Below, piece after piece: positions 13,601 to 27,260 of a DNA stretch of 64,000 bases. The DNA lies in contig OZ024743.1 of the NCBI GenBank assembly GCA_964016885.1, positions 270,010,001 to 270,074,000 on the forward strand. Reading direction: 5' to 3'. The notes beneath the pieces are model-generated. The model ran no database searches, was not told where the DNA came from, and saw nothing but the letters and a program-made list of their open reading frames with translations. The position numbers and the translations under genes are program-made. This DNA is from Eledone cirrhosa (lineage: Eukaryota). Each line of letters opens with the position of its first letter. Position 1 is the first letter of the stretch.

Positions 13601-15719
13601 TAGTGTTTGAGGTGGTGTTGATGTTAGTGGTGTTGGTAGTAGTGTTTGAGGTGGTGTTGACGTTAGTGGTGTTGGTAGTAGTGTTTGAGGTGCTGTTGAT
13701 GTTAATGGTGTTGGTAGTAGTGTTTGTGGTGGTGTTGATGTTAGCGGTGTTGGTAGTAGTGTTTGAGGTGCTGTTGATGTTAGTGGTATTGGTAGTAGTG
13801 TTTGAGGTGGTGTTGATGATAGCGGTGTTGGTAGTAGTGTTTGACGTGGTGTTGATGTTAGTGGTATTGGGGTAGTGTCTGGAGTGGTGTTGATGTTAAT
13901 GGTGTTGGTAGTAGTGTTTGAGGTGGTGTTGATGTTAGTGGTGTTGGTAGTAGTGTTTGAGGAGGTGTTGATGTTAGTGGTGTTGGTAGTAGTGTTTGAG
14001 GTGGTGTTGATGTTAGTGGTGTTGGTAGTAGTGTTTGAGGTGGTGTTGATGTTAGTGGTGTTGGTAGTAGTGTTTGAGGTGGTGTTGACGTTAGTGGTGT
14101 TGGTAGTAGTGCTTGAGGTGGTGTTGATGTTAGTGGTGTTGGTAGTAGTTTTTGGGGTGTTGTTGATGTTAGTGGTGTTGGCAGTAGTGTTTGGGGTGGT
14201 GTTGATGTTAGTGGTGTTGGTAGTAGTGTTTGAGGTGGTGTTGGTGTTAGTGGTGTTGGTAGTAGTGTTTGAGGTGGTGTTGACGTTAGTGGTGTTGGTA
14301 GTAGTGTTTGAGGTGGTGTTGACGTTAGTGGTGTTGGTAGTAGTGTTTGAGGTGGTGTTGATGTTAGTGGTGTTGGTAGTAGTGTTTGAGGTGGTGTTGA
14401 TGTTAGTGGTGTTGGTAGTAGTGTTTGAGGTGGTGTTGATGTTAGTGGTGTTGGTAGTAGCGTTTGAGGTGGTGTTGACGTTAGTGGTGTTGGTAGTAGT
14501 GTTTGAGGTGGTGTTGATGTTAGTGGTGTTGGTAGTAGTGTTTGAGGTGGTGTTGATGTTAGTGGTGTTGGTAGTAGTGTTTGAGGTGGTGTTGATGTTA
14601 GTGGTGTTGGTAGTAGTGTTTGACGTGGTGTTGATGTTAGTGGTGTTGGTAGTAGTGTTTGAGGTGGTATTGATGTTAGTGGTATTGGTAGTAGTGTTTG
14701 AGGTGGTGTTGATGTTAGTGGTGTTGGTAGTAGTATTTGAGGTGGTGTTGATGTTAGTGGTGTTGGCGGTAGTGTTTGGGGTGGTGTTGATGTTAGTGGT
14801 GTTGGTAGTAGTGTTTGAGGTGGTGTTGATGTTAGTGGTGTTGGTAGTAGTGTTTGAGGTGGTGTTGATGTTAGTGGTATTGGGGTAGTGTTTGGAGTGG
14901 TGTTGATGTTAGTGGGGTTGGAGGTAGTGTTTGAGGTGGTGTTGATGTTAGTGGTGTTGGTAGTAGTGTTTGGGGTGGTGTTGATGTTAGTGGTGTTGGT
15001 AGTAGTGTTTGAGGTGGTGTTGATGTTAGTGGTGTTGGTAGTAGTTTTTGGGGTGGTGTTGATGTTAGTGGTATTGGGGTAGTGTTTGGAGTGGTGTTGA
15101 TGTTAGTGGGGTTGGAGGTAGTGTTTGAGGTGGTGTTGATGTTAGTGGTGTTGGTAGTAGTGTTTGAGGTGGTGTTGATGTTAGCGGTGTTGGTAGTAGT
15201 GTTTGAGGTGGTGTTGATGTTAGCGGTTTTGGTAGTAGTGTTTGAGGTGGTGTTGATGTTAGCGGTGTTGGTAGTAGTGTTTGAGGTGGTGATGATGTTA
15301 GCGGTGTTGGTAGTAGTGTTTGAGGTGGTGATGATGTTAGTGGTACTGGTAGTAATGTTTGAGGTGGTGTTGATGTTAGTGATGTTGGTAGTAGTGTTTG
15401 AGGTGGTGTTGATGTTAGTGGTGTTGGTTGTAGTGTTTGAGGTGGTGTTGATGTTAGTGGTGTTGGTAGTAGTGTTTGAGGTGGTGTTGATGTTAGTGGT
15501 GTTGGTAGTAGTGTTTGAGGTGGTGTTGATGTTAGTGGTGTTGGTAGTAGTGTTTGAGGTGGTGTTGATGTTAGTGGTATTGTGGTAGTGTTTGGAGTGG
15601 TGTTGATGTTAATGGTGTTGGTAGTAGTGTTTGAGGTGGTGTTGATGTTAGTGGTGTTGGTAGTAGTGTTTGGGGAGGTGTTGATGTTAGTGGTGTTGGT
15701 AGTAGTGTTTGAGGTGGTG

Positions 15720-18596
15720 TTGATGTTAGTGGTGTTGGTAGTAGTGTTTGAGGTGGTGTTGACGTTAGTGGTGTTGGTAGTAGTGTTTGAGGTGGTGTTG
15801 ATGTTAGTGGTGTTGGTAGTAGTGTTTGAGGAGGTGTTGATTTTAGTGGTGCTGGTAGTAGTGTTTGAGGTGGTGTTGATGTTAGTGGTGTTGGTAGTAG
15901 TGTTTGAGGTGGTGTTGATGTTAGCGGTGTTGGTAGTAGTGTTTGGAGTGGTGTTGATGTTAATGGTGTTGGTAGTAGTGTTTGAGGTGGTGTTGATGTT
16001 AGTGGTGTTGGTAGCAGTGTTTGAGGTGGTGTTGATGTTAGTGGTGTTGGTAGTAGTGTTTGGGGTGGTGTTGATGTTAGTGGTGTTGGTAGTAGTGTTT
16101 GAGGTGGTTTTGATGTTAGTGGTGTTGGCGGTAGTGTTTGGGGTGGTGTTGATGTTAGCGGTGTTGGTAGTAGTGTTTGAGGTGGTGTTGATGTTAGTGG
16201 TGTTGCTAGTAGTGTTTGAGGTGGTGTTGATGTTCGTGGTGTTGGTAGTAGTGTTTGAGGTGGTGTTGTTGTTAGTGGTGTTGGTAGTAGTGGTTGAGGT
16301 GGTGGTGGTGTTAGTGGTGTTGGTAGTAGTGTTTGAGGTGGTGTTGATGTTAGTGGTGTTGGTAGTAGTGTTTGAGGTGGTGTTGATGTTAGTGGTGTTG
16401 GTAGTAGTGTTTGAGGTGGTGTTGATGTTAGTGGTGTTGGTAGTAGTGTTTGAGGAGGTGTTGACGTTAGTGGTGTTGGTAGTAGTGTTTGAGGTGGTGT
16501 TGATGTTAGTGGTGTTGGTAGTAGTGTTTGAGGTGGTGTTGATGTTAGTGGAGTTGGGGGTAGTGTTTGAGGTGGTGTTGATGTTAGTGGTGTTGGTAGT
16601 AGTGTTTGAGGTGGTGTTGATGTTAGTGGTGTTGGTAGTAGTGTTTGAGGTGGTGTTGATGTTAGTGGTGTTGGTAGTAGTGTTTGAGGTTGTGTTGATG
16701 TTAGCGGTGTTGGTAGTAGTGTTTGAGGTGGTGTTGATGTTAGCGGTGTTGGTAGTAGTGTTTGAGGTGGTGTTGATGTTAGCGGTGTTGGTAGTAGTGT
16801 TTGAGGTGGTGTTGATATTAGCGGTGTTGGTAGTAGTGCTTGAGGTGGTGTTGATGTTAGTGGTGTTGATAGTAGTGTTTGAGGTGGTGTTGATATTAGC
16901 GGTGTTGGTAGTAGTGCTTGAGGTGGTGTTGATGTAAGTGGTGTTGGTAGTAGTGTTTGAGGTAGATTTGATATTAGCTGTGTTGGTAGTAGTGTTTGAG
17001 GTGGTGTTGATGTTAGCGGTGTTGGTAGTAGTGTTTGAGGTGGTGTTGATGTTAGTGGTGTTGGTAGTAGTGTTTGAGGAGGTGTTGATGTTAGCGGTGT
17101 TGGTAGTAGTGTTTGAGGTGGTGTTGATGTTAGTGGTGTTGGTAGTAGTGTTTGAAGTGGTGTTGATGTGAGCGGTGTTGGTAGTAGTGTTTGAGGTGGT
17201 GTTGATGTTAGTGGTGTTGGTAGTAGTGTTTGAGGAGGTGTTGATGTTAGTGGTGTTGGTAGTAGTGTTTGAGGTGGTGTTGACGTTAGTGGTGTTGGTA
17301 GTAGTGTTTGAGGTGGTGTTGATGTTAGTGGTGTTGGTAGTAGTGTTTGAGGAGGTGTTGATTTTAGTGGTGCTGGTAGTAGTGTTTGAGGTGGTGTTGA
17401 TGTTAGTGGTGTTGGTAGTAGTGTTTGAGGTGGTGTTGATGTTAGCGGTGTTGGTAGTAGTGTTTGGAGTGGTGTTGATGTTAATGGTGTTGGTAGTAGT
17501 GTTTGAGGTGGTGTTGATGTTAGTGGTGTTGGTAGTAGTGTTTGAGGTGGTGTTGATGTTAGTGGTGTTGGTAGTAGTGTTTGGGGTGGTGTTGATGTTA
17601 GTGGTGTTGGTAGTAGTGTTTGAGGTGGTTTTGATGTTAGTGGTGTTGGCGGTAGTGTTTGGGGTGGTGTTGATGTTAGTGGTGTTGGTAGTAGTGTTTG
17701 AGGTGGTGTTGATGTTAGTGGTGTTGCTAGTAGTGTTTGAGGTGGTGTTGATGTTAGTGGTGTTGGTAGTAGTGTTTGAGGTGGTGTTGTTGTTAGTGGT
17801 GTTGGTAGTAGTGTTTGAGGTGGTGGTGGTGTTAGTGGTGTTGGTAGTAGTGTTTGAGGTGGTGTTGATGTTAGTGGTGTTGGTAGTAGTGTTTGAGGTG
17901 GTGTTGATGTTAGTGGTGTTGGTAGTAGTGTTTGAGGTGGTGTTGATGTTAGTGGTGTTGGTAGTAGTGTTTGAGGAGGTGTTGACGTTAGTGGTGTTGG
18001 TAGTAGTGTTTGAGGTGGTGTTGATGTTAGTGGTGTTGGTAGTAGTGTTTGAGGTGGTGTTGATGTTAGTGGAGTTGGGGGTAGTGTTTGAGGTGGTGTT
18101 GATGTTAGTGGTGTTGGTAGTAGTGTTTGAGGTGGTGTTGATGTTAGTGGTGTTGGTAGTAGTGTTTGAGGTGGTGTTGATGTTAGTGGTGTTGGTAGTA
18201 GTGTTTGAGGTTGTGTTGATGTTAGCGGTGTTGGTAGTAGTGTTTGAGGTGGTGTTGATGTTAGCGGTGTTGGTAGTAGTGTTTGAGGTGGTGTTGATGT
18301 TAGCGGTGTTGGTAGTAGTGTTTGAGGTGGTGTTGATATTAGCGGTGTTGGTAGTAGTGCTTGAGGTGGTGTTGATGTTAGTGGTGTTGATAGTAGTGTT
18401 TGAGGTGGTGTTGATATTAGCGGTGTTGGTAGTAGTGCTTGAGGTGGTGTTGATGTAAGTGGTGTTGGTAGTAGTGTTTGAGGTGGTGTTGATATTAGCT
18501 GTGTTGGTAGTAGTGTTTGAGGTGGTGTTGATGTTAGCGGTGTTGGTAGTAGTGTTTGAGGTGGTGTTGATGTTAGTGGTGTTGGTAGTAGTGTTT
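15720..18596. repeat. Duplication with 1521-bp offset (39 monomers): about 15720-17075 vs 17241-18596
   Basis: Markers match at a constant offset: attttagtggtgctgg 15840/17361, gatgtaag ORF breaks 16937/18458, plus ttgctag, gttgttgttag, gagttggggg and tagctgtg. Only a few private substitutions were seen. Confidence 0.92.
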
Positions 18597-20229
18597 GACG
18601 TGGTGTTGATGTTAGTGGTGTTGGTAGAAGTGTTTGAGGTGGTGTTGATGTTAGTGGTATTGGTAGTAGTGTTTGAGGTGGTGTTGACGTTAGTGGTGTT
18701 GGTAGTAGTGTTTGAGGTGGTGTTGACGTTAGTGGTGTTGGTAGTAGTGTTTGAGGTGGTGTTGATGTTAGCGGTGTTGGTAGTAGTGTTTAAGGTGGTG
18801 TTGATGTTAGTGGTGTTGGTAGTAGTGTTTGAGCTGGTGTTGATGTTAGTGGTGTTGCTAGTAGTGTTTGAGGTGGTGTTGATGTTAGTGGTGTTGGTAG
18901 TAGTGTTTGACGTGGTGTTGATGTTAGTGGTGTTGGTAGTAGTGTTTGAGGTTGTGTTGATGTTAGTGGTGTTGGTAGTAGTGTTTGAGGTGGTGTTGAC
19001 GTTAGTGGTGTTGGTAGTAGTGTTTGAGGTGGTGTTGATGTTAGCGGTGTTGGTAGTAGTGTTTGACGTGGTGTTGATGTTAGTGGTGTTGGTAGTAGTG
19101 TTTGAGGTGGTGTTGATGTTAGTGGTGTTGGTAGTAGTGTTTGAGGTGGTGTTGATGTTAGTGGTGTTTGTAGTAGTGTTTGACGTGGTGTTGATGTTAG
19201 TGGTGTTGGTAGTAGTGTTTGAGGTGGTGTTGATGTTAGTGGTGTTGGTAGTAGTGTTTGAGGTGGTGTTGACGTTAGTGGTGTTGGTAGTAGTGTTTGA
19301 GGTGGTGTTGATGTTAGCGGTGTTGGTAGTAGTGTTTGAGGTGGTATTGATGTTAGCGGTGTTGGTAGTAGTGTTTGAGGTGGTGTTGATGTTAGTGGTG
19401 TTGGTAGTAGTGTTTGAGGTGGTGTTGATGTTAGCGGTGTCGGTAGTATTGTTTGAGGTGCTGTTGATGTTAGTGGTGTTGGTAGTAGTGTTTGAGGTGG
19501 TGTTAATGTTAGTGGTGTTGGTAGTAGTGTTTGTGGTGGTGTTGATGTTAGCGGTGTTGGTAGTAGTGTTTGAGGTGCTGTTGATGTTAGTGGTATTGGT
19601 AGTAGTGTTTGAGGTGGTGTTGATGTTAGCGGTGTTGGTAGTAGTGTTTGACGTGGTGTTGATGTTAGTGGTATTGGGGTAGTGTTTGGAGTGGTGTTGA
19701 TGTTAATGGTGTTGGTAGTAGTGTTTGAGGTGGTGTTGATGTTAGTGGTGTTGGTAGTAGTGTTTGAGGAGGTGTTGATGTTAGTGGTGTTGGTAGTAGT
19801 GTTTGAGGTGGTGTTGATGTTAGTGGTGTTGGTAGTAGTGTTTGAGGTGGTGTTGATGTTAGTGGTGTTGGTAGTAGTGTTTGAGGTGGTGTTGACGTTA
19901 GTGGTGTTGGTAGTAGTGCTTGAGATGGTGTTGATGTTAGTGGTGTTGGTAGTAGTTTTTGGGGTGGTGTTGATGTTAGTGGTGTTGGCAGTAGTGTTTG
20001 GGGTGGTGTTGATGTTAGTGGTGTTGGTAGTAGTATTTGAGGTGGTGTTGATGTTAGTGGTGTTGGTAGTAGTGTTTGAGGAGGTGTTGATGTTAGTGGT
20101 GTTGGTAGTAGTGTTTGAGGTGGTGTTGATGTTAGTGGTGTTGGTAGTAGTGTTTGAGGTGGTGTTGACGTTAGTGGTGTTGGTAGTAGTGTTTGAGGTG
20201 GTGTTGATGTTAGTGGTGTTGGTAGTAGT

Positions 20230-23200
20230 GTTTGAGGAGGTGTTGATTTTAGTGGTGCTGGTAGTAGTGTTTGAGGTGGTGTTGATGTTAGTGGTGTTGG
20301 TAGTAGTGTTTGAGGTGGTGTTGATGTTAGCGGTGTTGGTAGTAGTGTTTGACGTGGTGTTGATGTTAGTGGTATTGGGGTAGTGTTTGGAGTGGTGTTG
20401 ATGTTAATGGTGTTGGTAGTAGTGTTTGAGGTGGTGTTGATGTTAGTGGTGTTGGTAGTAGTGTTTGAGGTGGTGTTGATGTTAGTGGTGTTGGCAGTAG
20501 TGTTTGAGGTGGTGTTGATGTTAGTGGTGTTGGTAGTAGTGTTTGAGGTGGTGTTGATGTTAGTGTTGTTGGTAGTAGTGTTTGAGCTGGTGTTGATGTT
20601 AGCGGTGTTGGTAGTAGTGCTTGAGGTGGTGTTGATGTTAGTGGTGTTGGTAGTAGTGTTTGAGGTGGTGTTGACGTTAGTGGTGTTGGTAGTAGTGTTT
20701 GAGGTGGTGTTGATGTTAGTGGTGTTGGTAGTAGTGTTTGAGGTGGTGTTGATGTTAGCAGTGTTGGTAGTAGTGTTTGAGGAGGTGTTGATGTTAGTGG
20801 TGTTGGTAGTAGTGTTTGAGGTGGTGTTGATGTTAGTGGTGTTGGTAGTAGTGTTTGAGGTGGTGTTGACGTTAGTGGTGTTGGTAGTAGTGTTTGAGGT
20901 GGTGTTGATGTTAGTGGTGTTGGTAGTAGTGTTTGAGGTGGTGTTGATGTTAGTGGAGTTGGGGGTAGTGTTTGAGGTGGTGTTGATGTTAGTGGTGTTC
21001 GTAGTAGTGTTTGAGGTGGTGTTGATGTTAGTGGTGTTGGTAGTAGTGTTTGAGGTGGTGTTGATGTTAGCGGTGTTGGTAGTAGTGTTTGAGGTGGTGT
21101 TGGTAGTAGTGTTTGAGGTGGTGTTGATATTAGCGGTGTTGGTAGTAGTGCTTGAGGTGGTGTTGATGTAAGTGGTGTTGGTAGTAGTGTTTGAGGTGGT
21201 GTTGATGTTAGTGGTGTTGGTAGTAGTGTTTGAGGTGGTGTTGATGTTAGTGGTGTTGGTAGTAGTGTTTGAGGTGGTGTTGATGTTAGTGGTGTTGGTA
21301 GTAGTGTTTGAGGTGGTGTTGATGTTAGTGGTGTTGGTAGTAGTGTTTGAGGTGGTGTTGACGTTAGTGGTGTTGGTAGTAGTGTTTGAGGTGGTGTTGA
21401 TGTTAGTGGTGTTGGTAGTAGTGTTTGAGGAGGTGTTGATTTTAGTGGTGCTGGTAGTAGTGTTTGAGGTGGTGTTGATGTTAGTGGTGTTGGTAGTAGT
21501 GTTTGAGGTGGTGTTGATGTTAGCGGTGTTGGTAGTAGTGTTTGACGTGGTGTTGATGTTAGTGGTATTGGGGTAGTGTTTGGAGTGGTGTTGATGTTAA
21601 TGGTGTTGGTAGTAGTGTTTGAGGTGGTGTTGATGTTAGTGGTGTTGGTAGTAGTGTTTGAGGTGGTGTTGATGTTAGTGGTGTTGGCAGTAGTGTTTGA
21701 GGTGGTGTTGATGTTAGTGGTGTTGGTAGTAGTGTTTGAGGTGGTGTTGATGTTAGTGTTGTTGGTAGTAGTGTTTGAGCTGGTGTTGATGTTAGCGGTG
21801 TTGGTAGTAGTGTTTGAGGTGGTGTTGATGTTAGTGGTGTTGGTAGTAGTGTTTGAGGTGGTGTTGACGTTAGTGGTGTTGGTAGTAGTGTTTGAGGTGG
21901 TGTTGATGTTAGTGGTGTTGGTAGTAGTGTTTGAGGTGGTGTTGATGTTAGCAGTGTTGGTAGTAGTGTTTGAGGAGGTCTTGATGTTAGTGGTGTTGGT
22001 AGTAGTGTTTGAGGTGGTGTTGATGTTAGTGGTGTTGGTAGTAGTGTTTGAGGTGGTGTTGATGTTAGTGGAGTTGGGGGTAGTGTTTGAGGTGGTGTTG
22101 ATGTTAGCGGTGTTGGTAGTAGTGTTTGAGGTGGTGTTGACGTTAGTGGTGTTGGTAGTAGTGTTTGAGGTGGTGTTGATGTTAGTGGTGTTGGTAGTAG
22201 TGTTTGAGGTGGTGTTGATGTTAGTGGAGTTGGGGGTAGTGTTTGAGGTGGTGTTGATGTTAGTGGTGTTGGTAGTAGTGTTTGAGGTGGTGTTGATGTT
22301 AGTGGTGTTGGTAGTAGTGTTTGAGGTGGTGTTGATGTTAGTGGTGTTGGCAGTAGTGTTTGAGGTGGTGTTGATGTTAGTGGTGTTGGTAGTAGTGTTT
22401 GAGGTGGTGTTGATGTTAGTGTTGTTGGTAGTAGTGTTTGAGCTGGTGTTGATGTTAGCGGTGTTGGTAGTAGTGCTTGAGGTGGTGTTGATGTTAGTGG
22501 TGTTGGTAGTAGTGTTTGAGGTGGTGTTGACGTTAGTGGTGTTGGTAGTAGTGTTTGAGGTGGTGTTGATGTTAGTGGTGTTGGTAGTAGTGTTTGAGGT
22601 GGTGTTGATGTTAGCAGTGTTGGTAGTAGTGTTTGAGGAGGTGTTGATGTTAGTGGTGTTGGTAGTAGTGTTTGAGGTGGTGTTGATGTTAGTGGTGTTG
22701 GTAGTAGTGTTTGAGGTGGTGTTGACGTTAGTGGTGTTGGTAGTAGTGTTTGAGGTGGTGTTGATGTTAGTGGTGTTGGTAGTAGTGTTTGAGGTGGTGT
22801 TGATGTTAGTGGAGTTGGGGGTAGTGTTTGAGGTGGTGTTGATGTTAGTGGTGTTCGTAGTAGTGTTTGAGGTGGTGTTGATGTTAGTGGTGTTGGTAGT
22901 AGTGTTTGAGGTGGTGTTGATGTTAGCGGTGTTGGTAGTAGTGTTTGAGGTGGTGTTGGTAGTAGTGTTTGAGGTGGTGTTGATATTAGCGGTGTTGGTA
23001 GTAGTGCTTGAGGTGGTGTTGATGTAAGTGGTGTTGGTAGTAGTGTTTGAGGTGGTGTTGATGTTAGTGGTGTTGGTAGTAGTGTTTGAGGTGGTGTTGA
23101 TGTTAGTGGTGTTGGTAGTAGTGTTTGAGGTGGTGTTGATGTTAGTGGTGTTGGTAGTAGTGTTTGAGGTGGTGTTGACGTTAGTGGTGTTGGTAGTAGT

Positions 23201-26200
23201 GTTTGAGGTGGTGTTGATGTTAGTGGTGTTGGTAGTAGTGTTTGAGGAGGTGTTGATTTTAGTGGTGCTGGTAGTAGTGTTTGAGGTGGTGTTGATGTTA
23301 GTGGTGTTGGTAGTAGTGTTTGAGGTGGTGTTGATGTTAGCGGTGTTGGTAGTAGTGTTTGACGTGGTGTTGATGTTAGTGGTATTGGGGTAGTGTTTGG
23401 AGTGGTGTTGATGTTAATGGTGTTGGTAGTAGTGTTTGAGGTGGTGTTGATGTTAGTGGTGTTGGTAGTAGTGTTTGAGGTGGTGTTGATGTTAGTGGTG
23501 TTGGCAGTAGTGTTTGAGGTGGTGTTGATGTTAGTGGTGTTGGTAGTAGTGTTTGAGGTGGTGTTGATGTTAGTGTTGTTGGTAGTAGTGTTTGAGCTGG
23601 TGTTGATGTTAGCGGTGTTGGTAGTAGTGTTTGAGGTGGTGTTGATGTTAGTGGTGTTGGTAGTAGTGTTTGAGGTGGTGTTGACGTTAGTGGTGTTGGT
23701 AGTAGTGTTTGAGGTGGTGTTGATGTTAGTGGTGTTGGTAGTAGTGTTTGAGGTGGTGTTGATGTTAGCAGTGTTGGTAGTAGTGTTTGAGGAGGTGTTG
23801 ATGTTAGTGGTGTTGGTAGTAGTGTTTGAGGTGGTGTTGATGTTAGTGGTGTTGGTAGTAGTGTTTGAGGTGGTGTTGATGTTAGTGGAGTTGGGGGTAG
23901 TGTTTGAGGTGGTGTTGATGTTAGCGGTGTTGGTAGTAGTGTTTGAGGTGGTGTTGACGTTAGTGGTGTTGGTAGTAGTGTTTGAGGTGGTGTTGATGTT
24001 AGTGGTGTTGGTAGTAGTGTTTGAGGTGGTGTTGATGTTAGTGGAGTTGGGGGTAGTGTTTGAGGTGGTGTTGATGTTAGTGGTGTTGGTAGTAGTGTTT
24101 GAGGTGGTGTTGATGTTAGTGGTGTTGGTAGTAGTGTTTGAGGTGGTGTTGATGTTAGTGGTGTTGGTAGTAGTGTTTGAGGTGGTGTTGATGTTAGTGG
24201 TGTTGGTAGTAGTGTTTGAGGTGGTGTTGATGTTAGTGGTGTTGGTAGTAGTGTTTGAGGTGGTGTTGATGTTAGCGGTGTTGGTAGTAGTGTTTGAGGT
24301 GGTGTTGACGTTAGTGGTGTTGGTAGTAGTGTTTGAGGTGGTGTTGATGTTAGTGGTGTTGGTAGTAGTGTTTGAGGTGGTGTTGATGTTAGTGGAGTTG
24401 GGGGTAGTGTTTGAGGTGGTGTTGATGTTAGTGGTGTTCGTAGTAGTGTTTGAGGTGGTGTTGATGTTAGTGGTGTTGGTAGTAGTGTTTGAGGTGGTGT
24501 TGATGTTAGCGGTGTTGGTAGTAGTGTTTGAGGTGGTGTTGACGTTAGTGGTGTTGGTAGTAGTGTTTGAGGTGGTGTTGATGTTAGTGGTGTTGGTAGT
24601 AGTGTTTGAGGTGGTGTTGATGTTAGTGGAGTTGGGGGTAGTGTTTGAGGTGGTGTTGATGTTAGTGGTGTTGGTAGTAGTGTTTGAGGTGGTGTTGATG
24701 TTAGTGGTGTTGGTAGTAGTGTTTGAGGTGGTGTTGATGTTAGTGGTGTTGGCAGTAGTGTTTGAGGTGGTGTTGATGTTAGTGGTGTTGGTAGTAGTGT
24801 TTGAGGTGGTGTTGATGTTAGTGTTGTTGGTAGTAGTGTTTGATCTGGTGTTGATGTTAGCGGTGTTGGTAGTAGTGCTTGAGGTGGTGTTGATGTTAGT
24901 GGTGTTGGTAGTAGTGTTTGAGGTGGTGTTGACGTTAGTGGTGTTGGTAGTAGTGTTTGAGGTGGTGTTGATGTTAGTGGTGTTGGTAGTAGTGTTTGAG
25001 GTGGTGTTGATGTTAGCAGTGTTGGTAGTAGTGTTTGAGGAGGTGTTGATGTTAGTGGTGTTGGTAGTAGTGTTTGAGGTGGTGTTGATGTTAGTGGTGT
25101 TGGTAGTAGTGTTTGAGGTGGTGTTGACGTTAGTGGTGTTGGTAGTAGTGTTTGAGGTGGTGTTGATGTTAGTGGTGTTGGTAGTAGTGTTTGAGGTGGT
25201 GTTGATGTTAGTGGAGTTGGGGGTAGTGTTTGAGGTGGTGTTGATGTTAGTGGTGTTCGTAGTAGTGTTTGAGGTGGTGTTGATGTTAGTGGTGTTGGTA
25301 GTAGTGTTTGAGGTGGTGTTGATGTTAGCGGTGTTGGTAGTAGTGTTTGAGGTGGTGTTGGTAGTAGTGTTTGAGGTGGTGTTGATATTAGCGGTGTTGG
25401 TAGTAGTGCTTGAGGTGGTGTTGATGTAAGTGGTGTTGGTAGTAGTGTTTGAGGTGGTGTTGATGTTAGTGGTGTTGGTAGTAGTGTTTGAGGTGGTGTT
25501 GATGTTGGTGGTGTTGGTAGTAGTGTTTGAGGTGGTGTTGATGTTAGTGGTGTTGGTAGTAGTGTTTGAGGTGGTGTTGATGTTAGTGGTGTTGGTAGTA
25601 GTGTTTGAGGTGGTGTTGACGTTAGTGGTGTTGGTAGTAGTGTTTGAGGTGGTGTTGATGTTAGTGGTGTTGGTAGTAGTGTTTGAGGAGGTGTTGATTT
25701 TAGTGGTGCTGGTAGTAGTGTTTGAGGTGGTGTTGATGTTAGTGGTGTTGGTAGTAGTGTTTGAGGTGGTGTTGATGTTAGCGGTGTTGGTAGTAGTGTT
25801 TGACGTGGTGTTGATGTTAGTGGTATTGGGGTAGTGTTTGGAGTGGTGTTGATGTTAATGGTGTTGGTAGTAGTGTTTGAGGTGGTGTTGATGTTAGTGG
25901 TGTTGGTAGTAGTGTTTGAGGTGGTGTTGATGTTAGTGGTGTTGGCAGTAGTGTTTGAGGTGGTGTTGATGTTAGTGGTGTTGGTAGTAGTGTTTGAGGT
26001 GGTGTTGATGTTAGTGTTGTTGGTAGTAGTGTTTGAGCTGGTGTTGATGTTAGCGGTGTTGGTAGTAGTGTTTGAGGTGGTGTTGATGTTAGTGGTGTTG
26101 GTAGTAGTGTTTGAGGTGGTGTTGACATTAGTGGGTTTTTGGTAGTAGTGTTTGAGGTGGTGTTGATGTTAGTGGTGTTGGTAGTAGTGTTTGAGGTGGT

Positions 26201-27260
26201 GTTGATGTTAGCAGTGTTGGTAGTAGTGTTTGAGGAGGTGTTGATGTTAGTGGTGTTGGTAGTAGTGTTTGAGGTGGTGTTGATGTTAGTGGTGTTGGTA
26301 GTAGTGTTTGAGGTGGTGTTGATGTTAGTGGAGTTGGGGGTAGTGTTTGAGGTGGTGTTGATGTTAGCGGTGTTGGTAGTAGTGTTTGAGGTGGTGTTGA
26401 CGTTAGTGGTGTTGGTAGTAGTGTTTGAGGTGGTGTTGATGTTAGTGGTGTTGGTAGTAGTGTTTGAGGTGGTGTTGATGTTAGTGGTGTTGGTAGTAGT
26501 GTTTGAGGTGGTGTTGATGTTAGTGGTGTTGGTAGTAGTGTTTGAGGTGGTGTTGATGTTAGTGGTGTTGGTAGTAGTGTTTGAGGTGGTGTTGATGTTA
26601 GCGGTGTTGGTAGTAGTGTTTGAGGTGGTGTTGACGTTAGTGGTGTTGGTAGTAGTGTTTGAGGTGGTGTTGATGTTAGTGGTGTTGGTAGTAGTGTTTG
26701 AGGTGGTGTTGACGTTAGTGTTGTTGGTAGTAGTGTTTGAGGTGGTGTTGATGTTAGTGGTGTTGGTAGTAGTGTTTGAGGTGGTGTTGATGTTAGTGGT
26801 GTTGGTAGTAGTGTTTGAGGTGGTGTTGATGTTAGTGGTGTTGGTAGTAGTGTTTGAGGTGGTGTTGATGTTAGTGGTGTTGGTAGTAGTGTTTGAGGTG
26901 GTGTTGATGTTAGCGGTGTTGGTAGTAGTGTTTGAGGTGGTGTTGACGTTAGTGGTGTTGGTAGTAGTGTTTGAGGTGGTGTTGATGTTAGTGGTGTTGG
27001 TAGTAGTGTTTGAGGTGGTGTTGATGTTAGTGGAGTTGGGGGTAGTGTTTGAGGTGGTGTTGATGTTAGTGGTGTTCGTAGTAGTGTTTGAGGTGGTGTT
27101 GATGTTAGTGGTGTTGGTAGTAGTGTTTGAGGTGGTGTTGATGTTAGCGGTGTTGGTAGTAGTGTTTGAGGTGGTGTTGGTAGTAGTGTTTGAGGTGGTG
27201 TTGATATTAGCGGTGTTGGTAGTAGTGCTTGAGGTGGTGTTGATGTAAGTGGTGTTGGTA
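20230..27260. repeat. Mosaic higher-order region of reshuffled sub-blocks
   Basis: The cassette attttag...38-bp unit recurs at 20383, 21576, 23393 and 25834. The cassette gagttggggg-ttcgtag-24-bp unit-gtaag ends at 21171, 23027, 25429 and 27248. Spacings are unequal. Confidence 0.85.
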
